Positions 1 through 8,699 of a stretch of 41,196 bases of DNA are shown in pieces. Each line of letters opens with the position of its first letter. The first letter of the stretch is position 1. The notes under the pieces are model-generated. The model ran no database searches. It was not told where the DNA came from and was given only the letters and a program-made list of their open reading frames with translations. The stretch comes from Geobacteraceae bacterium (GTDB taxonomy: Bacteria; Desulfobacterota; Desulfuromonadia; Geobacterales; Geobacteraceae). Where the stretch lies: positions 1 to 41,196 of the forward strand of contig JBAQKZ010000004.1 in NCBI GenBank assembly GCA_049301475.1. The letters run 5' to 3'. A program made the position numbers and the translations under genes.

Positions 1-37
1 TTGGAACATTATTTCTTTCGCATTGTTGATTTTGTAG

Positions 38-128
38 GTTGGGTTAGGCGGGTGTATGCCGTAACTCAACATGACCAGGCCGATGGCATTCAAAGCTGTT
101 GGGTTACGCGATGAAACCGCTAACCCAG
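38..128. repeat. Two degenerate copies of a ~31-33 bp stem-loop repeat (GTTGGGTTA...TAACYCAAC/G)
   Basis: 38-70 GTTGGGTTAGGCGGGTGTATGCCGTAACTCAAC and 98-128 GTTGGGTTACGCGATGAAACCGCTAACCCAG. In each, the outer arms are inverted repeats (7-9 bp) around a small inner GC stem. Confidence 0.4.
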
Positions 129-182
129 TCTACGAAAAAACAGGTGTTACACGGTAGTAGAGTGGTTTGAAATGGAGTAACG

Positions 183-1220
183 ATGTTTTCAGGACAATTT
201 TTCGCGCTGCTATCTGCCGTGCTTTTTGGCGTCTCTCCGGTATTGTGCAAGCTGGTAATCGGCGACATGTCACCCGCTCTACTGGCTGGCCTGCTGTATC
301 TGGGCTCCGGCGTTGGTCTGCAAGTTGTCCTTCTAATCCAGCGCAAGGACTCCTTAAGGGAGTTGAAGAGATTGTCTCCCCGGCACCGTCTCAAACTCAT
401 GGGGGCGATAGTGTCCGGTGGGGTCATAGCTCCGTTATGCCTTGCGTACGGCATTAAATACGGCACAGCCTCGGAGGTCTCCCTTCTGTTGAATTTCGAG
501 ACGGTTGCCACCACGCTAATCGCCTGGCTGATCTTCAAGGAATACGTCGGTCTGCGCGTATGGCTCGGCAAGATACTAATCATGATGGCGGCATTAATGA
601 TCATTCTCAGGACCGAAGGGGGATTGACCTTTTCCCTGTCCGGCCTGCTGGTGATTCTGGCCTGCATTTTCTGGGGGATCGACAATAACCTGACCCGTGA
701 CGTGGAGGAGTTGCCGGCAACGGTTCTGGCGAGCATCAAGGGGTTCAGTGCCGGAACTTTCACCACCCTGTTGGCTCTGATCTTTTCCACCGGGACGCCA
801 ACTCCCCTGCAGTCACTGGGCGCCCTCCTGATTGGCGCGATGAGCTTCGGCATGAGCCTGGTCCTGTTCATCGAGGCATTGCGGAGGATCGGCTCCGCCA
901 GGACCAGCACCTTCTTTGCCATAGGCCCCTTTGTCGGGACGGTTCTCTCCGTCCTTGTCCTCGGCGAACGCCCGCCAATGGCATACTTGTTCGCAGCTTC
1001 ACTCATGCTTGGGGGGATAGTACTTCTCTACCGCGAAAGGCACGGTCACGTACACACCCACGAACCGCTGTCGCACAGACACAGGCATGTTCACGACGAG
1101 CATCATTTGCATAAGCACGATAACGGCGAGGGAAAGGTGCTCCATGACCATTACCACGTGCATGAACCGCTGATCCATGTCCATGTCCACTGGCCGGACA
1201 TTCATCATCGCCATAGATGA
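183..1220 (+). CDS. DMT/EamA-family transporter with a His-rich C-terminal tail
   Basis: 345-aa ORF with about 10 hydrophobic helices in two EamA-like halves. GGAG lies 5 nt upstream of the ATG. The last 62 aa contain 22 His. Confidence 0.85.
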   Translation: MFSGQFFALLSAVLFGVSPVLCKLVIGDMSPALLAGLLYLGSGVGLQVVLLIQRKDSLRELKRLSPRHRLKLMGAIVSGGVIAPLCLAYGIKYGTASEVSLLLNFETVATTLIAWLIFKEYVGLRVWLGKILIMMAALMIILRTEGGLTFSLSGLLVILACIFWGIDNNLTRDVEELPATVLASIKGFSAGTFTTLLALIFSTGTPTPLQSLGALLIGAMSFGMSLVLFIEALRRIGSARTSTFFAIGPFVGTVLSVLVLGERPPMAYLFAASLMLGGIVLLYRERHGHVHTHEPLSHRHRHVHDEHHLHKHDNGEGKVLHDHYHVHEPLIHVHVHWPDIHHRHR

Positions 1221-1305
1221 CTATCAAGTTAGCTCAGGAACCCTTTCCAAGAAGGCAATCAGTGTTATACTTGCTGTAAAGAAGCACTGAGAGGGGGGGC
1301 TGAGT

Positions 1306-1836
1306 ATGTCTCAACGAGAATGCATATGGTTTTTCGAGTTTCAGAATCGTTTCAACACTGAAGAAGCCTGCCATGCTTATCTTTCCAGCATGCGCTGGCC
1401 CAACGGCTTTGTTTGCCCGGCATGCGGACATAAAGAGCATTACTTCATGGAAACGCGCCATCTATACCAGTGCAAGGCTTGCCGTCATCATACATCCCTT
1501 ACTGCCGGCACCGTCATGCACAAGACCCGCACGTCACTGCAAAAATGGTTCTGGGCCATTTTTCTTGTAGCAAGCGACAAGAGAGGCTATTCCGCTCTTG
1601 GGTTACAGAAACACCTTGCTGTCAGCTATCCTACCGCCTGGCTTATGCTCCACAAGATCAGAAGGGCTATAGCCAGCCGGGACAGTTCATATCAGCTTTC
1701 CGGACTGATCCAGTTGGACGAAGCCTTCTTTGGCGGGCCAAACGGCAAGCAGGGGCGAGGCACCGAAAAGGTGCCAGTATTCGTAGCCGTTTACACGACA
1801 CCTATCTTTCCCGGAAGGTTCCCTGATGCTGCATGC
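1306..1836 (+). mobile_element. Truncated IS1595-family transposase gene (N-terminal zinc-ribbon part only; pseudogene)
   Basis: The N-terminus carries CPxCG...CKxC and the motif LDEAFFGG...GRGTEK..VFVAV, typical of IS1595/ISXO2-like transposases. Only about 165 aa of homology remain, the DDE core is missing, and the ORF reads on into a repeat fragment. Confidence 0.75.
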
Positions 1837-1921
1837 GGCTGTAGTAATGTACGTGGTTGTACGCCTTCGTAGCCTTAATCCTCGCCGCCTTGATTTCATC
1901 CTCGATTTGAAATTGGTATTA
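1837..1921. mobile_element. Partial MITE copy (right-hand ~80 bp, orientation A) ending ...GATTTGAAATTGGTA + TTA
   Basis: Aligns with the right half of the full copies at 37524-37646 and 39888-39968. The terminal inverted repeat ends at 1918 and is followed by TTA. Confidence 0.65.
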
Positions 1922-1946
1922 GTTGTTGATGCACTCGCAAAATGTC

Positions 1947-1973
1947 ATTCCCGCAGCGATTCTGAGCGGGAAT
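1947..1973. repeat. 8-bp stem hairpin ATTCCCGC-N11-GCGGGAAT, a short intergenic hairpin whose motif resembles a dispersed repeat type
   Basis: Perfect inverted repeat, 1947-1954 against 1966-1973. The motif resembles widespread GCGGGAAT-type intergenic repeats. Confidence 0.4.
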
Positions 1974-2063
1974 CCAGGTTTTAACTCATTGAAATAATGG
2001 ATGCCAGATAGAAGCATTCGGGCATGACAAAACGAATTTGCGAATGCATCATACACTAACTTC

Positions 2064-2093
2064 TTGACAGTTTGGGAAGAAGTCTGACATGAT
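2064..2093 (+). promoter_or_regulatory. Candidate sigma70 promoter for the czc-type block
   Basis: TTGACA at 2064-2069, an 18-nt spacer, then CATGAT at 2088-2093, about 13 nt before the ATG at 2106. Confidence 0.3.
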
Positions 2094-2105
2094 TCAAGCA
2101 CATTT

Positions 2106-2471
2106 ATGCGTAAATTAATCCCCCTGAAATTCTTTTCCTGGGTTCTCCTCGTGCTGATGTTGACCGCCACGATCCATTGCGCGCATGAAAGCGCTCATGC
2201 CATGCAAGGTCACGTGTTGGCGGCAAGTGATCAAACATCACCTTCCAATTTATCCGCATCCCATTCGTGTCCTTGTACCCCTAATGAGCAACACAAAGAT
2301 TATGATGGTTGCAATACGTGCGTGAACTGCGCTTGTAATGCATCTCTGCTCATTCATCAGTATCAGCTTGGTTACAATCCCGTTATTGTTGATCTGAGCA
2401 TATCTGATCCGTTTAAATTCTTACCCGAAGTATTTCTTTCCAAATTCATTCCCCCTCACATTCTAAGCTGA
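2106..2471 (+). CDS. Small exported Cys/His-rich protein (hypothetical), first gene of the czc-type block
   Basis: 121-aa ORF with an N-terminal hydrophobic signal-like segment, 7 Cys (SCPC, GCNTCVNCAC) and 8 His. It is AT-richer than its neighbours. Confidence 0.55.
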   Translation: MRKLIPLKFFSWVLLVLMLTATIHCAHESAHAMQGHVLAASDQTSPSNLSASHSCPCTPNEQHKDYDGCNTCVNCACNASLLIHQYQLGYNPVIVDLSISDPFKFLPEVFLSKFIPPHILS

Positions 2472-2595
2472 AGATAGCGCCTCATCCTGAAGCCTGGAGG
2501 GATTGGCGCATCTATAGGCGCAGTCATCTCCGTTTCGGCTATTTCTATTAATCACAGATCAATCACAACCGAATAAATTGACTAGGAGGTTTGTC

Positions 2596-3891
2596 TTGGT
2601 ACGAACAGTTTCTGTAACGGGAGCAGTCTTCCTGTACCTGGCCGTTTGCAGTTTGTCAGGCGAGGCATTGGCATCAATCGAGGTAAAGATATTTACGCTT
2701 CAGCAGGCAGTGGAATTTTCACAGGAAAACAACGGTGAATTGAAAGCGCTCCGGTGGGAGAAGGGAATACGGGAGGCCGGAAAAATCAAGGCCGGTCTTT
2801 ACCCGAATCCGGTTCTGGAGATAGACGGCGCAACCGGGGAACTTTCCAGCAGTTCCTCGGAAAATCGGATATCAGTCGGCATTTCCCAGGAATTACTGAT
2901 TATGGGGAAAATGGGGAAGCGTCTGCAAGTAGCAGATAAAGAAATTGAAAGCTTTGACCTACAGGTCGAAAACTCTGGCCGACTTCTCGTGGAAGAGGTC
3001 AAGGCCACCTTTTACGATCTCCTCCTGGCGGAAAAAAGGGTGGAACTTGCGGAGCGCTCCATCGCCCTCAACAATCAGCTCCTGGGGGTCACGAAACTGA
3101 GGTTTGAGGCGGATGATATCCAGGAGCTGGAGGTGAATCTGGCCCGAGTGGAGGTGGCGCGGAGCGAAGGAAGGAAGGTCGAAGCGGAGCGGGAGCTATA
3201 TCCGGCCAAGGCGCGGCTTCTTGCCCTCATGGGGCTTTCACCGGATGAAACGGCAAGCTTCAGCGGTTCCCTTGAGACAAAGGCTTTTGTGAAAACCCTT
3301 GGATACCTGAAAGGTCTTGCATTGGCAAAGCGTCCCGACATAAGGGCGCTGGAAGCCGAAAAGGGAAAAAGCGACGCGGAAATCTCCTTGGCGCAAGCGG
3401 AACGGATTCCCAACATCACGGCGGGGATAGGGTACCAAAGAGAGCATACGGCTATCGAAGTTATGGGAAATGACGTGAAAAGCCAGGATAATCTTATTGG
3501 CCTTAAATTCTCGATTCCCATTCCGCTGTTCGACAGGAATCAGGCCGGTATCCGCGAGGCTAAAGCGCGGAAAGGGAGCGCCGAGAGCCGCTACCTGTTT
3601 GCTCGAAAGGTTGTCGAACGGGAGGTGGAGGCGGCCTATGCCAGGCTGACATCGGCTGAAAAATTTTTATCTATCTATACAAGGGATATCATTCCCCAAC
3701 TCGAGGAAAACCTGAAGCTGGTGCAGGAGGCCTATCGTCTCGGCGAGGTGGGGATTCTCACGGTCATTGAGGAGCAAAAAAAGTTTTTTGAGGTCAACGA
3801 TGGCTATCTAACGGCGCTGCATGACCGGCATACAGCTCTAGTGAAGCTCGAATCAGCAGTGGCAACAGAACTTACCGGAGGTGTGCAGTGA
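2596..3891 (+). CDS. czcC: TolC-family outer-membrane efflux protein (CzcC-like)
   Basis: Two OEP-type repeats with coiled-coil-rich sequence. The track ORF starts at 2578, but the in-frame TTG at 2596 lies 6 nt after AGGAGG (2584-2589). The stop overlaps the next start (GTGA). Confidence 0.85.
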   Translation: MVRTVSVTGAVFLYLAVCSLSGEALASIEVKIFTLQQAVEFSQENNGELKALRWEKGIREAGKIKAGLYPNPVLEIDGATGELSSSSSENRISVGISQELLIMGKMGKRLQVADKEIESFDLQVENSGRLLVEEVKATFYDLLLAEKRVELAERSIALNNQLLGVTKLRFEADDIQELEVNLARVEVARSEGRKVEAERELYPAKARLLALMGLSPDETASFSGSLETKAFVKTLGYLKGLALAKRPDIRALEAEKGKSDAEISLAQAERIPNITAGIGYQREHTAIEVMGNDVKSQDNLIGLKFSIPIPLFDRNQAGIREAKARKGSAESRYLFARKVVEREVEAAYARLTSAEKFLSIYTRDIIPQLEENLKLVQEAYRLGEVGILTVIEEQKKFFEVNDGYLTALHDRHTALVKLESAVATELTGGVQ

Positions 3892-5114
3892 ACAAGAAAG
3901 CAATCATCATAGGACTTATCCTGGCTGTTGCCCTGAGCGGCGGCTTTCTCTATCGGTTCACCAACCTCAATAGCGGTGGCGAAGAACATGCTGAAAAGCA
4001 GGAGTCTGACCACAAGGAAGAAGAAGCAGATGGGCATGATGAGCACGAAGAGTCGGGCAGCGTCAAGATGTCCGCCGAGATACAGAAGGAAAATGGCGTG
4101 GTCGTCGCTCCAGCTAAAAAACAGCGACTGGGCGGAGTGATCGGCGTTACCGGCAAGGTGGAGGCCAACGCCGACCGGATTGCCCATGTATCGCCGCGTA
4201 TCAGCGGCAAGATCGTCGCCGTCAGGGCTTCTTTAGGTGACAGCGTCTCCGCCGGACAGTCTCTGGCAACCCTCGACAGTGTAGAGCTTGGCGAAGCCCT
4301 GGGCCGTTACCACCAGTCAAAAACAAAACTTGCCCTGGCGCACTCCAACATGGAGCGGGTCAAGAATCTGGTTGAGAAGAAGATCGCGGCCCGCAAGGAT
4401 ATCCTACAGGCCGAGACCGAATTTAAGACCGCCCAGACTGAACTGCATACAGACGAAGAACGCTTGACCCTCTATGGCGTCTCGGTATCCGACCTAAAAG
4501 GAGATGACCACAAAAAACCGCTCCTGCCGGTTCGTTCCCCCATCGGTGGCATCATCACCGAAAAACACGCCATGGTCGGCGAACTATCCGATCCCTCCAA
4601 AAGTCTCTACACCGTGGCCGATCTTTCCACAGTCTGGGTGCTGGTGGACATCCATGAAAAGGATCTTGCCAAGGTGCACAAAGGACAGGCGGCAATCGTC
4701 ATTGTTAACGCCTATCCTGATCTGAAATTCCGGGGCCGAATAAATCATATTGCCGACGTAGTGGATCAATTCACCCGCACGGTCAAGGCGCGTGTCGCGG
4801 TTGCGAATCCTGGAAGGAAGTTGAAGCCGGAGATGTTCGCCAGCGTCGAACTGGCGCTGCCAGATGATGCGCCGCCGGTATTGACGGTCCCCGAAGAAGC
4901 AGTACAGGATATTGATGGCAAAAAAGTGCTCTTTGCCTTGGCTGAAAAAGAAGATGAGTTCGAACCACGAAAAGTGGAATTGGGCCGCTCTGCAGGCGGC
5001 ATGGTTGAGATTGTTTCCGGGCTGAAGGAGGGTGAACGCTATGCTGTCAAAGGTTCATTCATTCTTAAATCGGAGCTGAAAAAAGGCGAACTTGTTGATG
5101 AACATGGCCATTAA
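3888..5114 (+). CDS. czcB: Efflux RND periplasmic adaptor (membrane fusion protein, CzcB-like)
   Basis: 408 aa with an N-terminal anchor, an acidic/His-containing linker, and HlyD/biotinyl-lipoyl and beta-barrel signature regions. It is translationally coupled to czcC. Confidence 0.9.
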   Translation: MNKKAIIIGLILAVALSGGFLYRFTNLNSGGEEHAEKQESDHKEEEADGHDEHEESGSVKMSAEIQKENGVVVAPAKKQRLGGVIGVTGKVEANADRIAHVSPRISGKIVAVRASLGDSVSAGQSLATLDSVELGEALGRYHQSKTKLALAHSNMERVKNLVEKKIAARKDILQAETEFKTAQTELHTDEERLTLYGVSVSDLKGDDHKKPLLPVRSPIGGIITEKHAMVGELSDPSKSLYTVADLSTVWVLVDIHEKDLAKVHKGQAAIVIVNAYPDLKFRGRINHIADVVDQFTRTVKARVAVANPGRKLKPEMFASVELALPDDAPPVLTVPEEAVQDIDGKKVLFALAEKEDEFEPRKVELGRSAGGMVEIVSGLKEGERYAVKGSFILKSELKKGELVDEHGH

Positions 5115-5135
5115 ATTAACGGGAGAAAATCACTA

Positions 5136-8100
5136 ATGTTAGAAAAGTTGATTACATACACGTTAAAGCAGAAAGGAATGGTCATATTCCTTTCACTTCT
5201 GATTATTGTATTCGGATTGTATTCGTACTTGAAATTGCCGATTGACGCTTTTCCGGATGTAACAAATATTCAGGTAGAAGTCGTCAGCCACGCAGATGGC
5301 CTGTCTGCAATAGAGATTGAGCGGAATGTAACCTATCCGATCGAAATGGCGATGCGCGGTTTACCGGACATTGAACAGATGCGCTCGGTTACAAAATTCG
5401 GTCTGTCAATTATAACCATCGTTTTCAAAGACAATGTCGATATTTATTTTGCGCGACAGCTAGTATTTGAGCGACTGGCGGAAGCAAGAGAAAAGGTCCC
5501 CAAGGGAGTTGAAATTGCAATGGGTCCGATCGGGACGGCAATGGGCGAGATTTATCAATATACCATTGAAGGAGAAATGCCAAAGGATCCACTTCAGAAG
5601 GTATCTTACCTGACAAACTTGAGGGCAATTCAGGAGTGGATTGTTTCGCCGCAGTTAAAAAGTGTGGCGGGAGTAAATGAAATCAACTCCTTCGGGGGAT
5701 ACTTCAAGCAGTATCAGGTAATCGTATCGCCGGAAAAGTTGATTAAGTATTCAGTATCCGTAGACGATGTTTACTCTGCAATCGGCAACAACAATGAAAA
5801 CGTCGGCGGCAATATCCTCGAACGGCATTCGGAACAATATATTGTTCGCGGAGTCGGATTAATAAAAGATATCAGTGACATAGAAAATATTGTCCTGAAA
5901 TCTCAGGGAGGAACGCCGACGTACATACGCGACGTAGCTCACGTCAGGATCGGCGAAGCCGTGCGAATGGGCGCGGCTATGAAGAACGGCAAAGACGAGG
6001 CAGTTGGCGGCATAGTCATGATGCTGCGCGGTGAAAACAGCCGTGACGTTGTCAATCTGGTAAAGGACAAAGTACGCGAAATAAATGAGAACAATGTCCT
6101 CCCTGTGGGGGTCAAACTCGTTCCTTATTACGATAGAAGCGATATTGTGAATGCAAGCGTCAGCACGGTAAACAAGGCGCTGCTGGAAGGCTCTATCCTT
6201 GTGTTGATTGTGCTCTATTTATTGCTGAACAGTTTTAGGGGAAGTTTTGTAGTGCTTATTGCATTACCTCTTTCGCTGCTGGCGACATTTATTGTCATGA
6301 AGCTTGTTGGCATAAGCGCAAATCTTATGTCGCTGGGTGGCCTTGCAATTTCAATCGGCATGATAATAGACACGACCATAATTCAAGTTGAAAATGTCCA
6401 GCGCCATTTAAGCGAAGAGGGAGCTAACCATCCCAAATTGTATACAGTACTTAAGGCGGTGATGGAGGTCAGGAAGCCGAGTATATTCGGCGAACTTATT
6501 ATTGCGATCACGTTTATACCCATTCTTTCCCTGGAAGGGATTGAAGGGAAGATGTTCAGCCCGCTGGCAACAACAGTTGCCATTGCGCTTCTGGCGTCGT
6601 TGTTCCTTTCAGTATTTGTTATTCCGGTTCTCTGTATCCTCTTTCTGAAACCACAGCCGGAAAAAGAAAGCTTTATCATGAGGTATGCAACGAAATGGTA
6701 TCTGCCGCTTCTGGAATTTGCAATGATCCAGAGAAAAGTAATCCTGGGTACAGCCGCTGGTTTGTTGATTGCTTCACTGTTTTTGGTAACAAAATTGGGG
6801 ACCGAGTTCATACCGGCAATGGATGAAGGCTCGTTTGACATGGATGTCTCCATGCTTCCCGGTGTCTCCCTGGCGAAAGCGATGGAAGTAAATCAACGTG
6901 CTGCGGAAAAGCTGAAGCAGTTTGATGAACTGGATATCGTGGTGTCAAGGACAGGACAGACCGGCGTCGCCATGGACACAAGGGGTCCGGATAAAACCGG
7001 GTATGTCGGGATATTCAAGCCGAAGAGTGAATGGAAACGGGATATTTCCAAAGAAGAATTGACCAATGAGATGCGGAACTCTTTGGAATCGATAGCGGGC
7101 ATCACTTTCGGATTCAGCCAGCCTATCCAGTGCAGAATTGATGAACTTGTTGCCGGAACACGTGCGCAACTGATTTTGAAGCTCTTTGGCGAAGATATTG
7201 ATGTGCTGAATACTACATCGGCTGAAATTGCCAAAGTTCTTTCTACCATCAAGGGGGGTACCGATCTGAATACGGAAAAGGTTTCGGGACAGCCATACCT
7301 GACAGTAAACATCGACCGGGCAAAAATAGCCCGGTATGGATTGAATATCAATGATGTGCAGAAGGTAATCGAAATAGCTGTCGCCGGGAAATCTGCATCT
7401 CAATTTTATGAAGAGAACCGGAGTTTTGATATAACGGTTCGTCTGCCGGAAGAAAATAGAAATTCCCTTGCATCGATCAAGAATATTCTCATTACCACAA
7501 AATCAGGCATGAATATTCCGCTAGAACAGTTGGCTGATGTGAAGATGATTGAAGGGCCGGTGCAGATAAGCCGTCAGGACGGCATTAGAAGGATCGGGAT
7601 CGAGATGAATATAACCGGTAGGGATATAGGCGGTTTTGTGGCGGAAGCAAAACAGAAGATAAAAGAGCAAGTCAAGCTGCCTGCCGGTTATTATCTTACC
7701 TGGGGCGGACAATTTGAGAATCAGCAGCGGGCGATGAACAAACTGATGATTATCGGACCGGTTGCTATAGGTCTGATACTGCTACTACTGTACGTGACGT
7801 TCAGATCAATACGCCTGGCGCTGCTGGTAATTTCCAATCTGCCGTTTGCCTTAATTGGCGGAGTATTCGCGCTCTATATTTCCGGGCAATATCTGTCTGT
7901 TCCGGCGTCTGTCGGTTTTGTAGTCTTGTTTGGCGTTGCTGTGCTGAACGGCCTGGTGCTGGTATCGCGCATCTCGCAATTGCGTGAAGAAGGATTTGAT
8001 TTGCAGGAGGCCATCAGAAAGGGGAGTCTTGACCGCTTACGCCCGGTACTGATGACGGCATCCATCTCCATTTTCAGCCTGATTCCGATGCTGCTTGCCA

Positions 8101-8240
8101 GCGGGACGGGTTCCGAAATACAAAAGCCGCTTGCAACAGTTGTTGTTGGGGGATTGATCACTTCAACCTTGCTTACCCTGTTGATTATTCCATCGGTTTA
8201 CAGTTGGTTTGAAAAGAGAAACGTCGAAGCAGAAATGTAA
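5136..8240 (+). CDS. czcA: Heavy-metal-efflux RND transporter (CzcA/CusA family)
   Basis: 1034 aa with 12-TM RND architecture. The N-terminal motif IDAFPDVTNIQVEV... is typical of HME-RND pumps. GGGAGAA RBS. Confidence 0.93.
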   Translation: MLEKLITYTLKQKGMVIFLSLLIIVFGLYSYLKLPIDAFPDVTNIQVEVVSHADGLSAIEIERNVTYPIEMAMRGLPDIEQMRSVTKFGLSIITIVFKDNVDIYFARQLVFERLAEAREKVPKGVEIAMGPIGTAMGEIYQYTIEGEMPKDPLQKVSYLTNLRAIQEWIVSPQLKSVAGVNEINSFGGYFKQYQVIVSPEKLIKYSVSVDDVYSAIGNNNENVGGNILERHSEQYIVRGVGLIKDISDIENIVLKSQGGTPTYIRDVAHVRIGEAVRMGAAMKNGKDEAVGGIVMMLRGENSRDVVNLVKDKVREINENNVLPVGVKLVPYYDRSDIVNASVSTVNKALLEGSILVLIVLYLLLNSFRGSFVVLIALPLSLLATFIVMKLVGISANLMSLGGLAISIGMIIDTTIIQVENVQRHLSEEGANHPKLYTVLKAVMEVRKPSIFGELIIAITFIPILSLEGIEGKMFSPLATTVAIALLASLFLSVFVIPVLCILFLKPQPEKESFIMRYATKWYLPLLEFAMIQRKVILGTAAGLLIASLFLVTKLGTEFIPAMDEGSFDMDVSMLPGVSLAKAMEVNQRAAEKLKQFDELDIVVSRTGQTGVAMDTRGPDKTGYVGIFKPKSEWKRDISKEELTNEMRNSLESIAGITFGFSQPIQCRIDELVAGTRAQLILKLFGEDIDVLNTTSAEIAKVLSTIKGGTDLNTEKVSGQPYLTVNIDRAKIARYGLNINDVQKVIEIAVAGKSASQFYEENRSFDITVRLPEENRNSLASIKNILITTKSGMNIPLEQLADVKMIEGPVQISRQDGIRRIGIEMNITGRDIGGFVAEAKQKIKEQVKLPAGYYLTWGGQFENQQRAMNKLMIIGPVAIGLILLLLYVTFRSIRLALLVISNLPFALIGGVFALYISGQYLSVPASVGFVVLFGVAVLNGLVLVSRISQLREEGFDLQEAIRKGSLDRLRPVLMTASISIFSLIPMLLASGTGSEIQKPLATVVVGGLITSTLLTLLIIPSVYSWFEKRNVEAEM

Positions 8241-8315
8241 ATGGGTTGGAATATGAGTATCTGGTGAATTCATCGCTCACATATCAAACAATGACTATTA
8301 GAAAAGGAGACTACA

Positions 8316-8657
8316 ATGAAAGAGATAAAAGCAATAATAAGACCGTTAAAATTATTGGAAGTAACCGAAGAACTTCATAAAATTGACGGATTGCCGGGAG
8401 TGACTGTATCAGAGATCAAAGGATTTGGCAAAGGCAGAGCTAAGAACGCAAAGGATAAGATTGTTTATGAAATGGTGGAGTTTGTTCCACGCATACAACT
8501 GGAAGTTGTTATAGATGATGAAATGGTTGATGAAGTTGTCAACGTAATTCAGAAATCCGCTTATACCGGCAATACCGGTGACGGGAAGATATTTGTGTCT
8601 ACTGTTGATGAAATAGTAAAAATAAGAACAAATGAAAGAGGAAAAGATGCGATTTAG
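8316..8657 (+). CDS. PII (GlnB-fold) family protein, divergent T-loop, czc-linked
   Basis: 113 aa that aligns along its length with GlnB (IKAIIRP.KL, KGFG, TGDGKIFV, IRT.E). The T-loop reads KGRAKNAKDKIVYEM instead of RQKGHTELYRGAEYM. Confidence 0.85.
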   Translation: MKEIKAIIRPLKLLEVTEELHKIDGLPGVTVSEIKGFGKGRAKNAKDKIVYEMVEFVPRIQLEVVIDDEMVDEVVNVIQKSAYTGNTGDGKIFVSTVDEIVKIRTNERGKDAI

Positions 8658-8699
8658 TCTCGAAAAACCAACAGATATTTTGGGCCAAAAGGAGAATTC

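Noticed and set aside
104-1006. 300-aa minus-strand ORF antisense to the EamA transporter gene. Similar long antisense or alternative-frame ORFs occur at 16032-16718, 17906-18829, 21134-21901, 33117-33941 and 34166-34892.
   Set aside because: These are Arg/Pro/Ser-rich shadow frames, as expected in GC-rich coding DNA. Each fully overlaps a gene with clear family signatures, and none has an RBS or a recognisable domain.
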